This document shows, in pieces, positions 11,605 to 23,063 of a stretch of 64,000 bases of DNA. Source of the stretch: Emiliania huxleyi CCMP1516 (lineage: Eukaryota). Each line of letters begins with the position of its first letter. The stretch's first letter is position 1. The position numbers were made by a program, and so were the translations under genes. The DNA lies in contig NW_005201792.1 in NCBI RefSeq assembly GCF_000372725.1, positions 561,440 to 625,439 of the forward strand, read 5' to 3'. The notes under the pieces are model-generated. The model had not been told where the DNA came from. It did not search any database and saw only the letters and a list, made by a program, of their open reading frames with translations.

Positions 11605-13711
11605 GCGGGCGCCTCCTCTCGGTTGAAGACATGCAGCCCGCTGACCGAGGCCTGCTAAGTAGTGAGTAATGATTATTCATTGATCATCGCTAACCAGACA
11701 GCCCGCCGACCGAAGCCTGCGGGAACTGCTCGATCGCGGGAGCGACGCCAACCTGCGGGAGGTGGCGGCGCGGGCTGCGGCGAACGTCGCGGCGGCGAGA
11801 GCCCGCCGGCCGAGGGGGGGGGGGGGGCGTGAGGGGTTTGGGGGAGCACCGGCAAGTTGCACTCGCTCGACTCGCGCCCCTCGCGCGGCATCGCCCCCTC
11901 GGCCGCGAGGGCCGCCCCCTCCTCCCCGTCCTCCCCGTCCTCCGCCTCCTGCGCCTCCTCCGCCGCCTGCGCCTGCGCCTCCGCCCGCCGCTCTGCCAGC
12001 GCGTCCGCCCTGCTCACGCGAGGAGAGTCGCTGCTCACAGCTGGCGGCGCTGTTGCGGTGGCGGTGGTGCGATGGAGGGAGGGAGGGTCGGAGGTCGCCA
12101 TGGTGGTAGAGAGGCTCGGGAGCAGGGGGGGGGGGGGGGGGAGCCGCGCGCGGGCGTGTGGCGTGCGGAGAGGCGTGCAGAGAGGCGTGCGGAGAGGCGT
12201 GCAGCGGAGCCGGTGGGGCGCGGAGCCTGGCGACGGCTGCGCTCACAGCGGGCTGGTCGACCGACCACAGCTTGACGGTGCCGTCGACGCCGGACGAGGC
12301 GAGGGCGGTGCCTGTGCGTCGGGCGGGCGGGGAGGGGGCGGCGTGGTGAGGGTGGCGGCGGAGGCGAGGACGGGCCAGAGAGACGAGCGCCGTCGGGCGA
12401 GACGTCGACGGAGAGGACGGCATCGAGGTGGCCTGTTCACAGCTCACGCGTGTGAACGGTGCCGCTTCACTCCTGCGGCAGCGGCGGGATGGTCTGTGGG
12501 CGGCCTCGCTCGCCGGCAAAGACGGCGACGCAGAGCCGCGACGCGGTGTGCCAGAGCCGGACCGCCTTGCCAAGGGGGCGGGGGAGGGAGGGGGAGGAGG
12601 GCTAGTTTTGCGAGGTTTGCCTCGTGCGGGTGGCCGAGTCGGGTGGCCGAGTCTAGTCTATAGAGTCGGCCGGCTCGCCAGTGAGTTGGACTAGCCAGTG
12701 AGTTGGCCTAGCCAGTGAGCTGGCCCCAGGCGGGCGTCGCGCTGGCGTGTGCTGCGTGCCCTGTCCGTTACTTCCCCGCCTCGTGTCGCGAGGCAGACGC
12801 GTCCCATCTCTCGGTCAAATCTCGGCTGATCTCGGGAAACCTCGTCGCGCGACGCAGACGCGAGCAGTCCGCGCCTAGTAGGTTCCTAGAAGGTTCCTAG
12901 AAGGTTCCTAGAAAGTTCAAGAAGCAGCCGCGAGCAGCCCGCGCCGGTGAGGCAAGAAGCGGACCTCGTGGATGGCTGCGCCGTGGCCCTGCAGCGTCGC
13001 CTCGACCCGCGCGCTGTGGCAGTCGATCAGCTTGATCTGCCGCAGCTCGCCGCCCACGGCCAGCACCGAGTGCTCGCTGCAGAGGGCGAGAGGCGAGAGG
13101 CGAGAGGGCGAGGGCGAGTGCGGCTCGCGGCCGACAGCAGAGACAAGGAGGGAGAGGGCGGGCGCGGAGGTGCTCTATAACTTATATACGCGCCTGTCGC
13201 ACGCCACGCCCCAGTCGCACGTGTAGAAGCGCTCGCGCGGGTCGCCGTCCACGTAGGTTTGCAGTGCCACGAGTGCGCCAACAACGCCGCCGCCGCCGCC
13301 GCCGCCGCCGCGCTTGCGCTTGGACGCCTTTCCCCGGCCGCCGCGCGGCTTTGGATGCTTGCCGTTGACTGCGTCGGGCGCCGACGAGCAGACTGTGTCA
13401 GGCGCCGACGAGCAAACGGCGGCCGCCCCGCCATCCTCCGCAGTGCCGTTGTTCGATGCCGCGCCTTCGGCCAGCGGCGGAGGATCGACCCGGTATATGT
13501 TGACCTGCCCGCCGCCGACCGTGGCGAAGACGGACGCCTGCGTCGTGTCGACGTGGTTGAAGCTGCACGCGTAGATTGGCTCGCCGTGCGGCTCCGGGAT
13601 GCGGAGGACGGCGGTTTGGTGCAGCAATGCTCCCGGCGATTGTTGAGGCTCGTCATCGACGTCGCCGGTCGATGGAGCTTCCACCGCTGCAGCCGGCGAC
13701 GCCGAAGACAT
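10715..13711 (-). CDS. EED/ESC/FIE-like WD40 subunit of PRC2 (multi-exon)
   Basis: EPHGEPIYACSFN...VFATVGGGQVNIYR, LQTYVDGDPRERFYTCDW, LQGHGAAIHEVRF, LASSGVDGTVKLW, YVDCVRFG, VWFVR and VRCSAISRGMRFLVCCCDDGS appear in the order expected for EED/FIE. Confidence 0.8.
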
Positions 13712-14249
13712 CGCCGCGGACTGGGCTGCCGGTGGCTGTTCCAGGGCCTCAGTGCACTGTCGTGCACAGCGGCAGCACGTTTACGGCAAGGCAGCTTGGC
13801 GCCTTCTTGTGAAAAAAGAATTTAAATTCGGAAAAAAGAAATCTCGGAACCAAGAAACGCGGCAGCACGTTTACGAATGGGGGCTATCAGGACACTGGGC
13901 ACGGGACGGGACTGGCGCACACTGGCACTAACAAACACAGCTATCTAGATACACCACAAAAAAGAAGAAAGCGGGTGCCCAAAACTCAAGTAGAAATCTC
14001 TCTCTCTCTCTAAACTCCCTCTCTCTGACAACACTAGGCACGGGGCTCGCACTGGCACTAACACAGGTATACAAAAATAATTTTACCAAGATGCAACAAA
14101 ACTCTTCGCAGCACCGCTCTGTGTCTTGAACTTGATCTGCTGACCAACAAACCTACAACACCACTAGGTACGGGACTGGCGCGCACTGGCGCGCAGGAAA
14201 AACGTACACCAAAAAATAATGGTACACTAATAACCCCGATAAACCTGAG

Positions 14250-15163
14250 CGCTGAGGGAGGGTGTGTAGAGGATGTAGAGTGTAGAGCGCTGTAGAGCTG
14301 TAGAGATGTAGAGCGCTCTGGAGCGCGCTGTAGAGCGCTGTAGAGCTGTAGAGCTGTAGAGCTCTACATCCGGCGCGGGACGATCTGAGTCCGATGTAGA
14401 GCGATGTAGAGCGCGATTTTGCTGTAGAGTTTGTTGTAGACGGGCTCTACAGCCAAAAGGCCAAGAAAGGCAGTGACTCAAAGAGGTCGAGCCGCGCTAA
14501 TGGGATGTCTCCGAGCTTACTGGAGCTCTGGTGGACGGCCCTGACTATCCCTGACACACAGAGAGTCACTCCGACGGTACACAACACCTACAACTGCGTC
14601 ATGACCAGCCTGCCATGTGTCGCCGGTGCCGCATTCGTCGCTGTGCTGTGCTTCTTTAGCAGGCGGTGGACTGTCGGCTGCGAGGACGGTCGCATTTGCG
14701 CGAGGCGATCATTGTTGAGCGTTGCATGCGCCATGACTCGCGCCAGCGCGTGCGGGAGCTCCTGGCTGAGCGTTGAGTCCAGCCGAGTTGCGCGCTGGCC
14801 ACTATCGCTACGCCGAGCCGAGCTGACGCGCCGAGGCGCCGGCCAGTCGCAGCCGTGAGGCATGTCACAGCAGCAGAGGCACCTGCCACCCATTGGGCGG
14901 GCAGACAGAAGGCTAGGGCAGCACTGGCAAGTGCAACGCGCCTCATGTCGGAGAGCGACCGTGCCTCGTTCGCAGCTTGTGTAGAGTTTGTTGTAGAGAT
15001 TTCACGTTGTAGAGCGCCTCTACATCGCTCTACATCGGACTCACAAAGTCCCGCGCGCGCCGGCTGTAGAGCTCTACAGCTCTACAGCGCTCCAGAGCGC
15101 TCTACATCTCTACAGCTCTACAGCGCTCTACACTCTACATCCTCTACGCACCCTCCCTCAGCG
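14250..15163. mobile_element. Non-autonomous foldback/MITE-like element with ~160-bp terminal inverted repeats built from TGTAGAG subrepeats
   Basis: Left arm cgctgagggagggtgtgtagaggatgtagagtgtagagcgctg... is the near-perfect reverse complement of the right arm ...ctctacactctacatcctctacgcaccctccctcagcg. No transposase ORF; TSD unresolved. Confidence 0.85.
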
Positions 15164-15470
15164 AGAAACCCTTCGGTTTTGTTGTGTGATTTCGGGTCGC
15201 TCCTGAAGAAGAGAAAAAATCTCTGTCTCCTGATCGCAAACCCTGTCAGGAGTCCGCCCCCCCCCCCCCCCCCCTCTTGGTTTTGCAAAATCCTGGGGAC
15301 GTGTAGTCGGTCCTCGACCCAGCCCTAAAAAAAGAAAACCCCCAAAACAAGGGAGGAAATGGGAGGACGGCACCCCCCCCCCCCACAGGGATTTTAACCC
15401 CCCCATAGGAAAGGAGTGTGGGGCTAGCCGTCCCTCGCCCCCCCATGGGTGTCTCACATGAGACGTCCAT

Positions 15471-16314
15471 TATGTCTCTCTTCGCAGGTCTCTCGCCAAT
15501 TCGACTTCATGCTCGCAGGACCAAAATGCTCCCCGAGGCTGCTCATCCGTGGGTCGCTGCCAAGGTCGCTGCCAGTATGAAAGCTCGTCCTCACCTTCAT
15601 CACAGGGTGCTCATCCTGGTGTTCTCGTCGGCCACCAGCGTTGGCGCCGTTCGCCGCAAGGCATGGCGCATGCTGCAAGTGTCTCAGGGCTCCCCAGCTC
15701 ATCGCGGTTGGGACCTGCTCTTCGTCGTCGGCTACCGTGACGTGTTCGAGCTTTTGGACTAACGCCTTGTTGCCAGCACTGACATGGGAGCGCCCCGCCC
15801 AGAAAGCGCGTCCTCACGCTGCACCTACATCGGCGAGCAGATTCACGGTAAACGGGCTTGGCTGAAACCAGGTTTGCCGTGGTACGACCCGCACTACCCT
15901 ACCGTCTTCAACACTACGATCTACCCAGATTTCATGCAGGGAGGAGGGTACATCCTCTCGCACGGCGCAGCCCGCGCCGTCGTCGACATGGGGAAGGAGG
16001 TGGGACTCTACTCGTGGCGGCGTGAAGCAGAACGGATGCCGCATCAAGAGGACGTGCTCGTGGCGGAGCTGCTGCGGCGTGGTACAGCGAACGCCTCCCT
16101 GCGGCTGCCCCCCTCTACCCCACGTGGGGAGTATCAATGTGTAAGCGTGTTGCGCTGCGATTTACTTTCAGCATCCAACTGTCACGGGGGGTCAAGCACG
16201 TGCACAGTAAGCTGCCGACCCGCTGCGGGCGGGAGCAAATGTGGATGCACCCTGTCAACCTCGCCAGGATTGCTGCGGTCGAGCGGGCTGCTAGCGGCAT
16301 TGCAGAAGCCGTGA
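15471..16314 (+). pseudogene. Galactosyltransferase (GT31)-like fragment, probably truncated or disrupted
   Basis: YPDFMQGGGYILS and HQEDVLVAELL motifs. Stop at 15760-15762, and no recognisable central DxD segment. Confidence 0.5.
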
Positions 16315-16650
16315 AACGGTGAAAGCACTGTGTAAATGAGCGGTTTCTCTCTTGAGCTCTCTCTTTTGAGCTCGTGAAATAATAACTGTACAGAGGGGAG
16401 AGGGGGTATATACGCACCTACAGAGTGGGGGTACGGCATTACGGAGAGTACACCGTACACGGGGAGCTATTCGTACCTAGTGGCCTAGACAGACTAGAGC
16501 GAGATCGCGCGCGGGCTTGGGCTTGACCCTGGGCAAATCGACTGTGTCGATCGACTAGTAGCGCTCTCCAGCGGCCAAGCCCGAGAACTAAAGGACTGGC
16601 AACGTGGAGAAGAGCCCGCTGTTCCGCGCGGAGAGAGGAGTGGCACTCTC

Positions 16651-19361
16651 TCACCGGTCCATGGCGCCGCTCCAGTACAAGCCCAGCAGCAGGCTAGTGA
16701 GGAGAATGTAGAGCGGGGGCAGCATCAGCGCCATCCACGCGTCGATCTTTGCAGACTTGCGGACGAGCGCCTTGTCCTCCGCGTGGATCCAGTCCGAGCC
16801 GCCCATCGACCCCTCCCCGTTTGGATCCGTCGGCTTGGGGAGCGTAGATTGGCTGGCGTGGTGCATGAGCGCGGGCAGCGCGAGCACCGCCCGCGTGAGC
16901 AGCGAGACGGGCTCGGCCGGCGGGCTGCCGGCTGGCTCTTTGCCCGCCCCGAGCGGCTCGCCGGTCGTGAGGCTCAGCGAGACGTCTGCGGGCGCCGCCG
17001 GCTGCTGCGCGCCGCCGGGAAGCTGCTCCTCGAGCGCGCGCTTCGCCACGAAGGCCGCCTTCCACTCGCCAACGAGGGCGGCGCGGCGCTCGGAGCAGAG
17101 TTCGGCGGTGCGGCGGTCGACTCCGGCGGTGAGCACGAGCTGGTAGCCCGTGACGACGAGCATGAGGCCGACGACGGCGAGTTGGCAAATGGTGAGCGCC
17201 ATCACGAACGGGACTCCCTCGGTGTCGGCGGGCAGGCCGAGGCTTCGCGGCTGCAGCAGCGCCGCGGTGGCGATAGCGCCCAGCGCGAGCACCTGCAGCC
17301 GCGTCGCGGCGGGCTGCAGCGCCGCGAGCGTGGTCAGGCCCATCTGGACAAAGGCGGGCACGAGGACCCTGAAGACGTTGCCGACGGCCACCCGCTCCAG
17401 GTGTATCTCGAAGTCTGCGCACAAGTGCGAGAGTCGCTGCTTGCGGCAATTGGCGCCCGGGCTGGACGAAGAGGACGGCCGGATCACAGCCAAGCGCGGC
17501 GTCCAATCGCGCTTGGTGTAGATTCCCTCGAGGTCGTCCCCATCGAGCCCAGCGTCAGAGTAGCCCGGCGAGTCGAAGTTGAACGAGGTGCGGCGGGCCA
17601 TTCCGGGGCCAAACTTGTCCGCGAGGAAGAAGGAGCCTGTCAAGACCTGTGTGTCGAAGGGGAAGCCTACGGACGGCCAACGGGAGGCGTGTGGGTGCGG
17701 TGGGGGAAGGGGCGGCGGCGGGAGAGGAGGGGAGGGTTACGATTGAGGTTGAAGTCCGACTTGAATGTCATCTCGAGCAGTACGTGCTCCTGCAGGTAGA
17801 CCTGCGCCCGCCACGGGCACGACTCCTGCGTGCACGGCTGCGTGACGGGCTCCGGCTCGTGAGTCGCGTTGCCCGCCGTCCTATGCACTTGCAGCATCGG
17901 GTTGCCGGACACAAAGCTCTCCTCGCTAGAAATGGCGCCGTCGGCCTTGAGAACTGGTCTCCACCAGTCTTTTGCCGGGACGGCGGCCTCGCCAGCGACG
18001 ACGCCGCGGTAAAGATCGATGCCGCAAGGGTGGACAGCGTACCTGCTAGTCCAGGTCAAAGTGACCTCGACGACGACGGTGAATTGTGCGGAAGAGACCG
18101 CCTTGACCGCGTTGACCTTTAGCCGCGAGATGTGGATGACGAGGTCCTGCTCTGGCTCAAAAATCAAGAGGGGCTGGCCGGGATGTTGAGTCGGCGGCAC
18201 GCCGCAAGGCATCTGCTGCCCAGCATCGTCAACCGGGCACGGGAGATGGGGGCCATTGGCAGCGGTTGCATAGACCGCATCGATCCGGCCCGACCCCATC
18301 TCTGGGTATTGACGTGGCGGAGCGGGTATTTTGTCCTCCCATTTTGCACCTCCCACGAGCCAACTGTTTTCACTCCCGAGAACAAGCAACGATTTCGCGT
18401 CGATATACGTGGAGTCGCTGAGGGCCACCGCCGAGTATGTGTTGATGCAGTTAGCGTCATCGGGCGTGCAGTCCCCTCGCTGTTGACACACCTCGACGCT
18501 GTAGTCGTAAGACTCGTAGAGGTCATTTTTGCGGGGCTCGACTTCGCGGATGTAGTTGGCGGCGTTGCTGCTTTCGCTCAAGATTGTCCATCGGCAGTCC
18601 TCGGGATACACCAAGTCCGCCATGTGGTACCACGCACCGTAAAGATCCCAAACACCGGAGACGCCGTTGCAGTCGGCACCTACCGGCGCCGACCCCCAGC
18701 TGTTGTTCTTCCCTCGTCCGCACATGGTCGAGGCCCAGTTATCAAAGCCCCCCCAAATGCACATAGAAGCAGATCCGTACCATGCCGACTGCTTTTCCGG
18801 TGCACGCGCCCATTCCGCCTTTCGGACGAAAGTGTATCGCGCATCATTTGAGTCCGAGTCCACTTGGTTGAAAGGATTCAGCCATGGTTGGTCGAGCGGG
18901 AGGTAACAATTTTTGGCCTCGTCCGTGTCGTCAAGCCTGCACGTGTGCTGCAGCAGCACGATCGAATTGAGTCCCGCTATGGACGCCGGCGGGTAACAGA
19001 GTGGGCCCGAACGAGACAGGTATGGTGAAAAGCAGTACTCGAGATCCGGCGCGAGTGCGGAGGCGTTTTGCGGCTCTCCGTGCCATTTGTCTGTCCACCC
19101 GAATGGGTGAGAGATCTGCATCGGCCACGCCGCGGGCGAAAAGGACACGACGTCGGTCGTCGGCGAGTAGCGCTCCGAAAAGATCTTTGACTCCGTCAGG
19201 GCTGGGTGGGAAGCGACGCCGGCGGTCGGCCAGAGCAGCCAGAGCAGCCACGAGCGCTTGCGGCCGATGCGGAGCGTGGGGCAGGAGGACCGCGCGCTCT
19301 GCCGCGGAAGTAGCCAGGTCAGGACCGCGCGCTCGGCCGCGGAGGGAGCCAGTTCAGGCAT
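16651..19361 (-). CDS. Cys-less (Pro-loop) pentameric ligand-gated ion channel with long Cys/Trp-rich N-terminal extension
   Basis: Removing the GT-AG intron 17667-17740 gives SDFNLNRFPFDTQVL. Also WWRPVL (loop A), FEIHLER before M1 (VFRVLVP), three further hydrophobic helices and M4 IDAWMALMLPPLYILL. Confidence 0.75.
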
Positions 19362-19887
19362 CAGCGCTGGCCAGGGGGACGAGCACAGAGCTCGGCGGGC
19401 GCCGATTTTCGTTTTCTTCTTGTTCTCTAAAAGGCCACGGCGTGACTCGATGTTATTCACATAAACGCACAACTCCGGACCCAAGACGATATCGATGTTA
19501 TTCACCCTCTACACCTCATCTCCTTCGTTCGACTCCGACCAACACGGAACAGTGTGGCGCAGAGGCCCGTGCTGCGGGCCGCGGCTTGCAGAACGGTGGG
19601 CTAGGCATAGAGCCCAGCCGTTTTAATAGTTGTGGCTTACTCGTACATCCCAGGATCGAGCTGTTTGGGGGTGTTTGAGGGGGGAGGGGGGACGACACTG
19701 CTTCGGCAGCGTGCACCTCGATCCTGTACCGTGTTTGTTATGACCCCCCCCAATGAACATACCAGTGAGGGAGGGCGAGACGATCGAGGGGTCCCGTACC
19801 ACGCGGAATCGACCCCATCCAGTTATCCAGTGCTCAAGTGCTCAAGGGGGGAGGGGGTTGTGTTGCGCGCTTCTCTCTTTCGTGCAC

Positions 19888-22044
19888 ATGTACATGAACA
19901 TGTGGACTGCCTGCGCCGCGGTATCGTCGACCACGGTCCCCAGCCTTGCCATCGATCCGCTCATCACCAGGCTGCTCCGCGCAAACGGAGCAGCGGCATT
20001 TCCGCCGAGCCTTGACGAGATCAACGCTGCGGCTGAGGGGCTCACCGTCTGGCGCCATGCGCTCGCGGCCGGCCGCCTGCCAGATTACGGAGGCACAGAC
20101 GGTGGGTTGCCGCCCTGGCCACCACAGCCACTGCTCGGCACGCTGACCGACACGCTGAGCCGCCTCAGTCTGCCGCGAGCGACGGCGCGGCACCCGTCGC
20201 TCGTCCCGGCAGCCCTCGCCGCCGTGCTCGCCGCTGCGTCTGAATTCGACGCGCGTCGGGTGGCCGCGGTGACAGGCGAGTCGGCCGACGATGACACGGA
20301 GCGAGCGGCTGCAGAGCGAGAGGGGGAGGCGGCGGAGGCGGAGGCGGCGGAGGCGGAGGAGGCAGAGGAGCAGCTGCAGCTCGAGGCGGCGAGACAGATA
20401 GCGCTATCCGTCGAGTCGGAGTGGGCTTCGCCGCTGCGCGGCGTCCGCGCCGTCGAGGGCTTGGGAGGTGGCAGCGGTGGCGACGTCGGCGCGCTGACTG
20501 CTGCGCCAGGCGACAGCTTCAGCCTGGCCGACGGGCTGTGGCGGCACTCGGGCTGGAGTGCTCTCGAGGGTGTGCAGGCGAAGCTGCGCGAGCTGGACGA
20601 GCTCAGCGAGCTGGTGGCGAGCCTCGGCCAGCGGGCCGCGCCGGAGGGCACTCCCATCCGCGGGCCTGCAGTCTCGTTCGACCCGCAGGCCGCACCCTCG
20701 GCCGCGCTGGGCTCTTTCCTGGAACCTGCCCGGACCTTTCCTGGACCTTTCTCTAGGCCGCGCCCTCTGCCGCGCTGAGCGAGCTCTCCCCGCGCGAGCT
20801 GTCCGGCCTGTCGTAGATGCGGGAGCACATCTCCAGATCACATCTCCAGATCACATCTCCAGATCACATCTCCAGACCACATCTCCAGACCACATCTCCA
20901 GATGCGGTTCACATCTCTGTCACAGCACGCAAGGCGCCTCGTCCTCGGGCGGTACTCGACACTGCTCAAGCCGCCAGTCGCCGCGCCCGTCGCTCTTCTA
21001 GTCCCGCGAGACGCGGGTGTGCGACAGTATAGATCCACGCCTCTCATCCTCCAGGCCTCGCGCGCACCGGCGACCTCGCGCGCGTCACACCGGCCGAGCT
21101 CGCGCTGCTGGCCTACGGCGGCGGCGGCGAGGGCGGCGGCGGCGAGGGCGGCGGCGGCGGCGGCGAGGGTCGGGCCGGCCTCCGGCGGCTGTTCCTCAGC
21201 CGCCTCGCGGAGCGTCGGCTGCTCGGGTATGCCCTCGAGGGGTGGGCGGAGGCGAGCGGGAGGCCTCGCCGTCGGCGGCTCGCGCGGCTGCCGCGCGAGC
21301 GAGGCGGGCCGCTCGTGGTCTGCCTCGACACGTCGCACTCGATGGCGGGCGGGCGAGAGACGATCGCGAAGAGCGTCGTCCTCGAGGCCGTCCGCGCGGC
21401 GCACGCGCAAGGGCGACCGTGCCTGCTCTTTGCATTCTCCGGCGCGTCGGACCTGGCCGAGCTGCGGCTGACTCCGGCGGCGCGGCGCGGCGCGTCCAAG
21501 AGGCGGCGCGACGCGGGCGGCGGCGGAGCGGGCGGCAGCATGGACCGGCGCAGCCTGACGCGCCTCCTCGACTTCCTCGCGTGCGGCTTTGGCGGAGGGA
21601 CGGACGTCGCCTCTCCGCTCCGCCGCGCGCTCGACGTGCTCGAGCGGCCGGACGGGGCGGACGTGGTTTACTCCGGCGCAGACTTGCTCCTCGTCTCGGA
21701 CGGCGAACTTCCCGACCCGCCCCTCGACCCGCCCACGGCAGAGAGACTGCGGCGCCTGCGCTCGCGCCAGGGCTTCGAGGCGCACCGGCCACGCCGGCCG
21801 AAGCGCCACACCACGTCGCCTCTCACCGTTGGTCGCCTCGGCGCAGGTGCACGGGCTGCTAGTCGGTGCGCCGCGGCCGACGCCGCTCGATCAGCTGTGC
21901 GACGAGGTGCACACCTGCCTCTCGCGTTTCGACCCGCTCGCTGTGATGCGAGAGAGGTCGGCGGCCCGGCGAGAGGAGCGGCTCGAGGCTGCGCCGGCGT
22001 GGCGGCGGGCGGCGCACCGCACCGCGCTGCCTATCTCTCGCTGA
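19888..22044 (+). CDS. viaA: ViaA-like von Willebrand A (MIDAS) protein, spliced; start uncertain
   Basis: LFLSRLAERRLLGYALEG, GPLVVCLDTSHSMAGGRETIAKSVVL, PCLLFAFS, FLACGFGGGTD and ADLLLVSDGE follow the ViaA/YieM VWA pattern. Confidence 0.8.
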
Positions 22045-22461
22045 AAGGAACCTCTCATTCGCTCGTCCGCACCCGTCACCGCTCACGGAGTGCTCCGCGT
22101 GCCGCACCGGCCGCCGCCGGCCGCCGGCCGCTTACGCGGTAACGGAACAGTGTTACTACTCCGCAACGTTGAGCTGGATCAAACTGAATAGTGCTCCTGA
22201 AAGCCCTCTCTCTGGGCTCTGCCACACAGTAGCAGCTCACGACTAGCAGCTGCTGTGGCTGTATTTGTAGCCATTTCGTTAGGCTTCAACTGGTCCCAAA
22301 ATAGTAGCAACACCTCATGAAAATCAGTCAAAAAAGCCCCAAAAAATCGGCGCCTGCGGCGGGCTTCCTGGGGCTGCGCCCCGGACCCCCTTGACTGGGG
22401 GGACCCCCCCCGAGAGAGCACACCCCCGTCGCGCCCCCCGGGGGCCCGTCGACACCCCAGG
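22027..22461 (+). mobile_element. Right-hand fragment of the TIR element seen complete at 57472-58224
   Basis: Near-identical to 57801-58224 and ends in the right TIR ...gggggcccgtcgacaccccagg. Confidence 0.85.
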
Positions 22462-22830
22462 AGGAGGATGCTGCTGTGCAGGGCGTGGCTGGGAAGGTGG
22501 ACGAGTCGCTCGAGCGTCGGGACGAGCGGGCTTGCGCCACTGGTGGAGGATTCAGTATGCCGCAGGCGGCTCCCACCTCGATGGGTTATCACTCCTGCAC
22601 TGGCGCATTGAAGAGGGGATCAACTCATCAACATTCAACAAACAGGAATCGAGGGTGACCGCATGTCTGCATCAGACGTGTCATCCGTCCCGATCGTGAC
22701 CAACCAAAGCCACCCCCTCTTCGTAGACCCCATTCTGAGGGGTCCTGATTCCAAAGCCGCTCCCAGCCGCACCCGCCAAGCACCTGGGTGCCGCCTCCAC
22801 CTCCGCCTTCAATCTCAATGTCCCACCCCC

Positions 22831-22943
22831 CACCCCCCTGCGCGCGGGCCTTCTAGGCCCGCGGGTACATGTAGTCTCCCCCCATCCCCAGGGCCTCCAG
22901 GGCTCGCACCTCAACCTCTCATAGACCAGCGCAAAGCGCCATA
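22831..22943 (+). repeat. Dispersed ~115-bp repeat, copy 2
   Basis: Matches 7032-7147. Confidence 0.8.
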
Positions 22944-23063
22944 TGACGTATTTTCTTGGGGCAGTGGTTTTTCTTCTCCCTGTCGAACTCTCGCTTCGCC
23001 CCTCCGTGGGCTGCAGTTCCTGCTTGCTTGCTCCCGGCTCGCCGCCGCTTGCCGGTCCTTCGA

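Noticed and set aside
13890..14228. Repeat-spacer pattern as a CRISPR-like array
   Set aside because: Repeats are degenerate, spacers are ~100 bp and partly similar to each other, and the context is eukaryotic.
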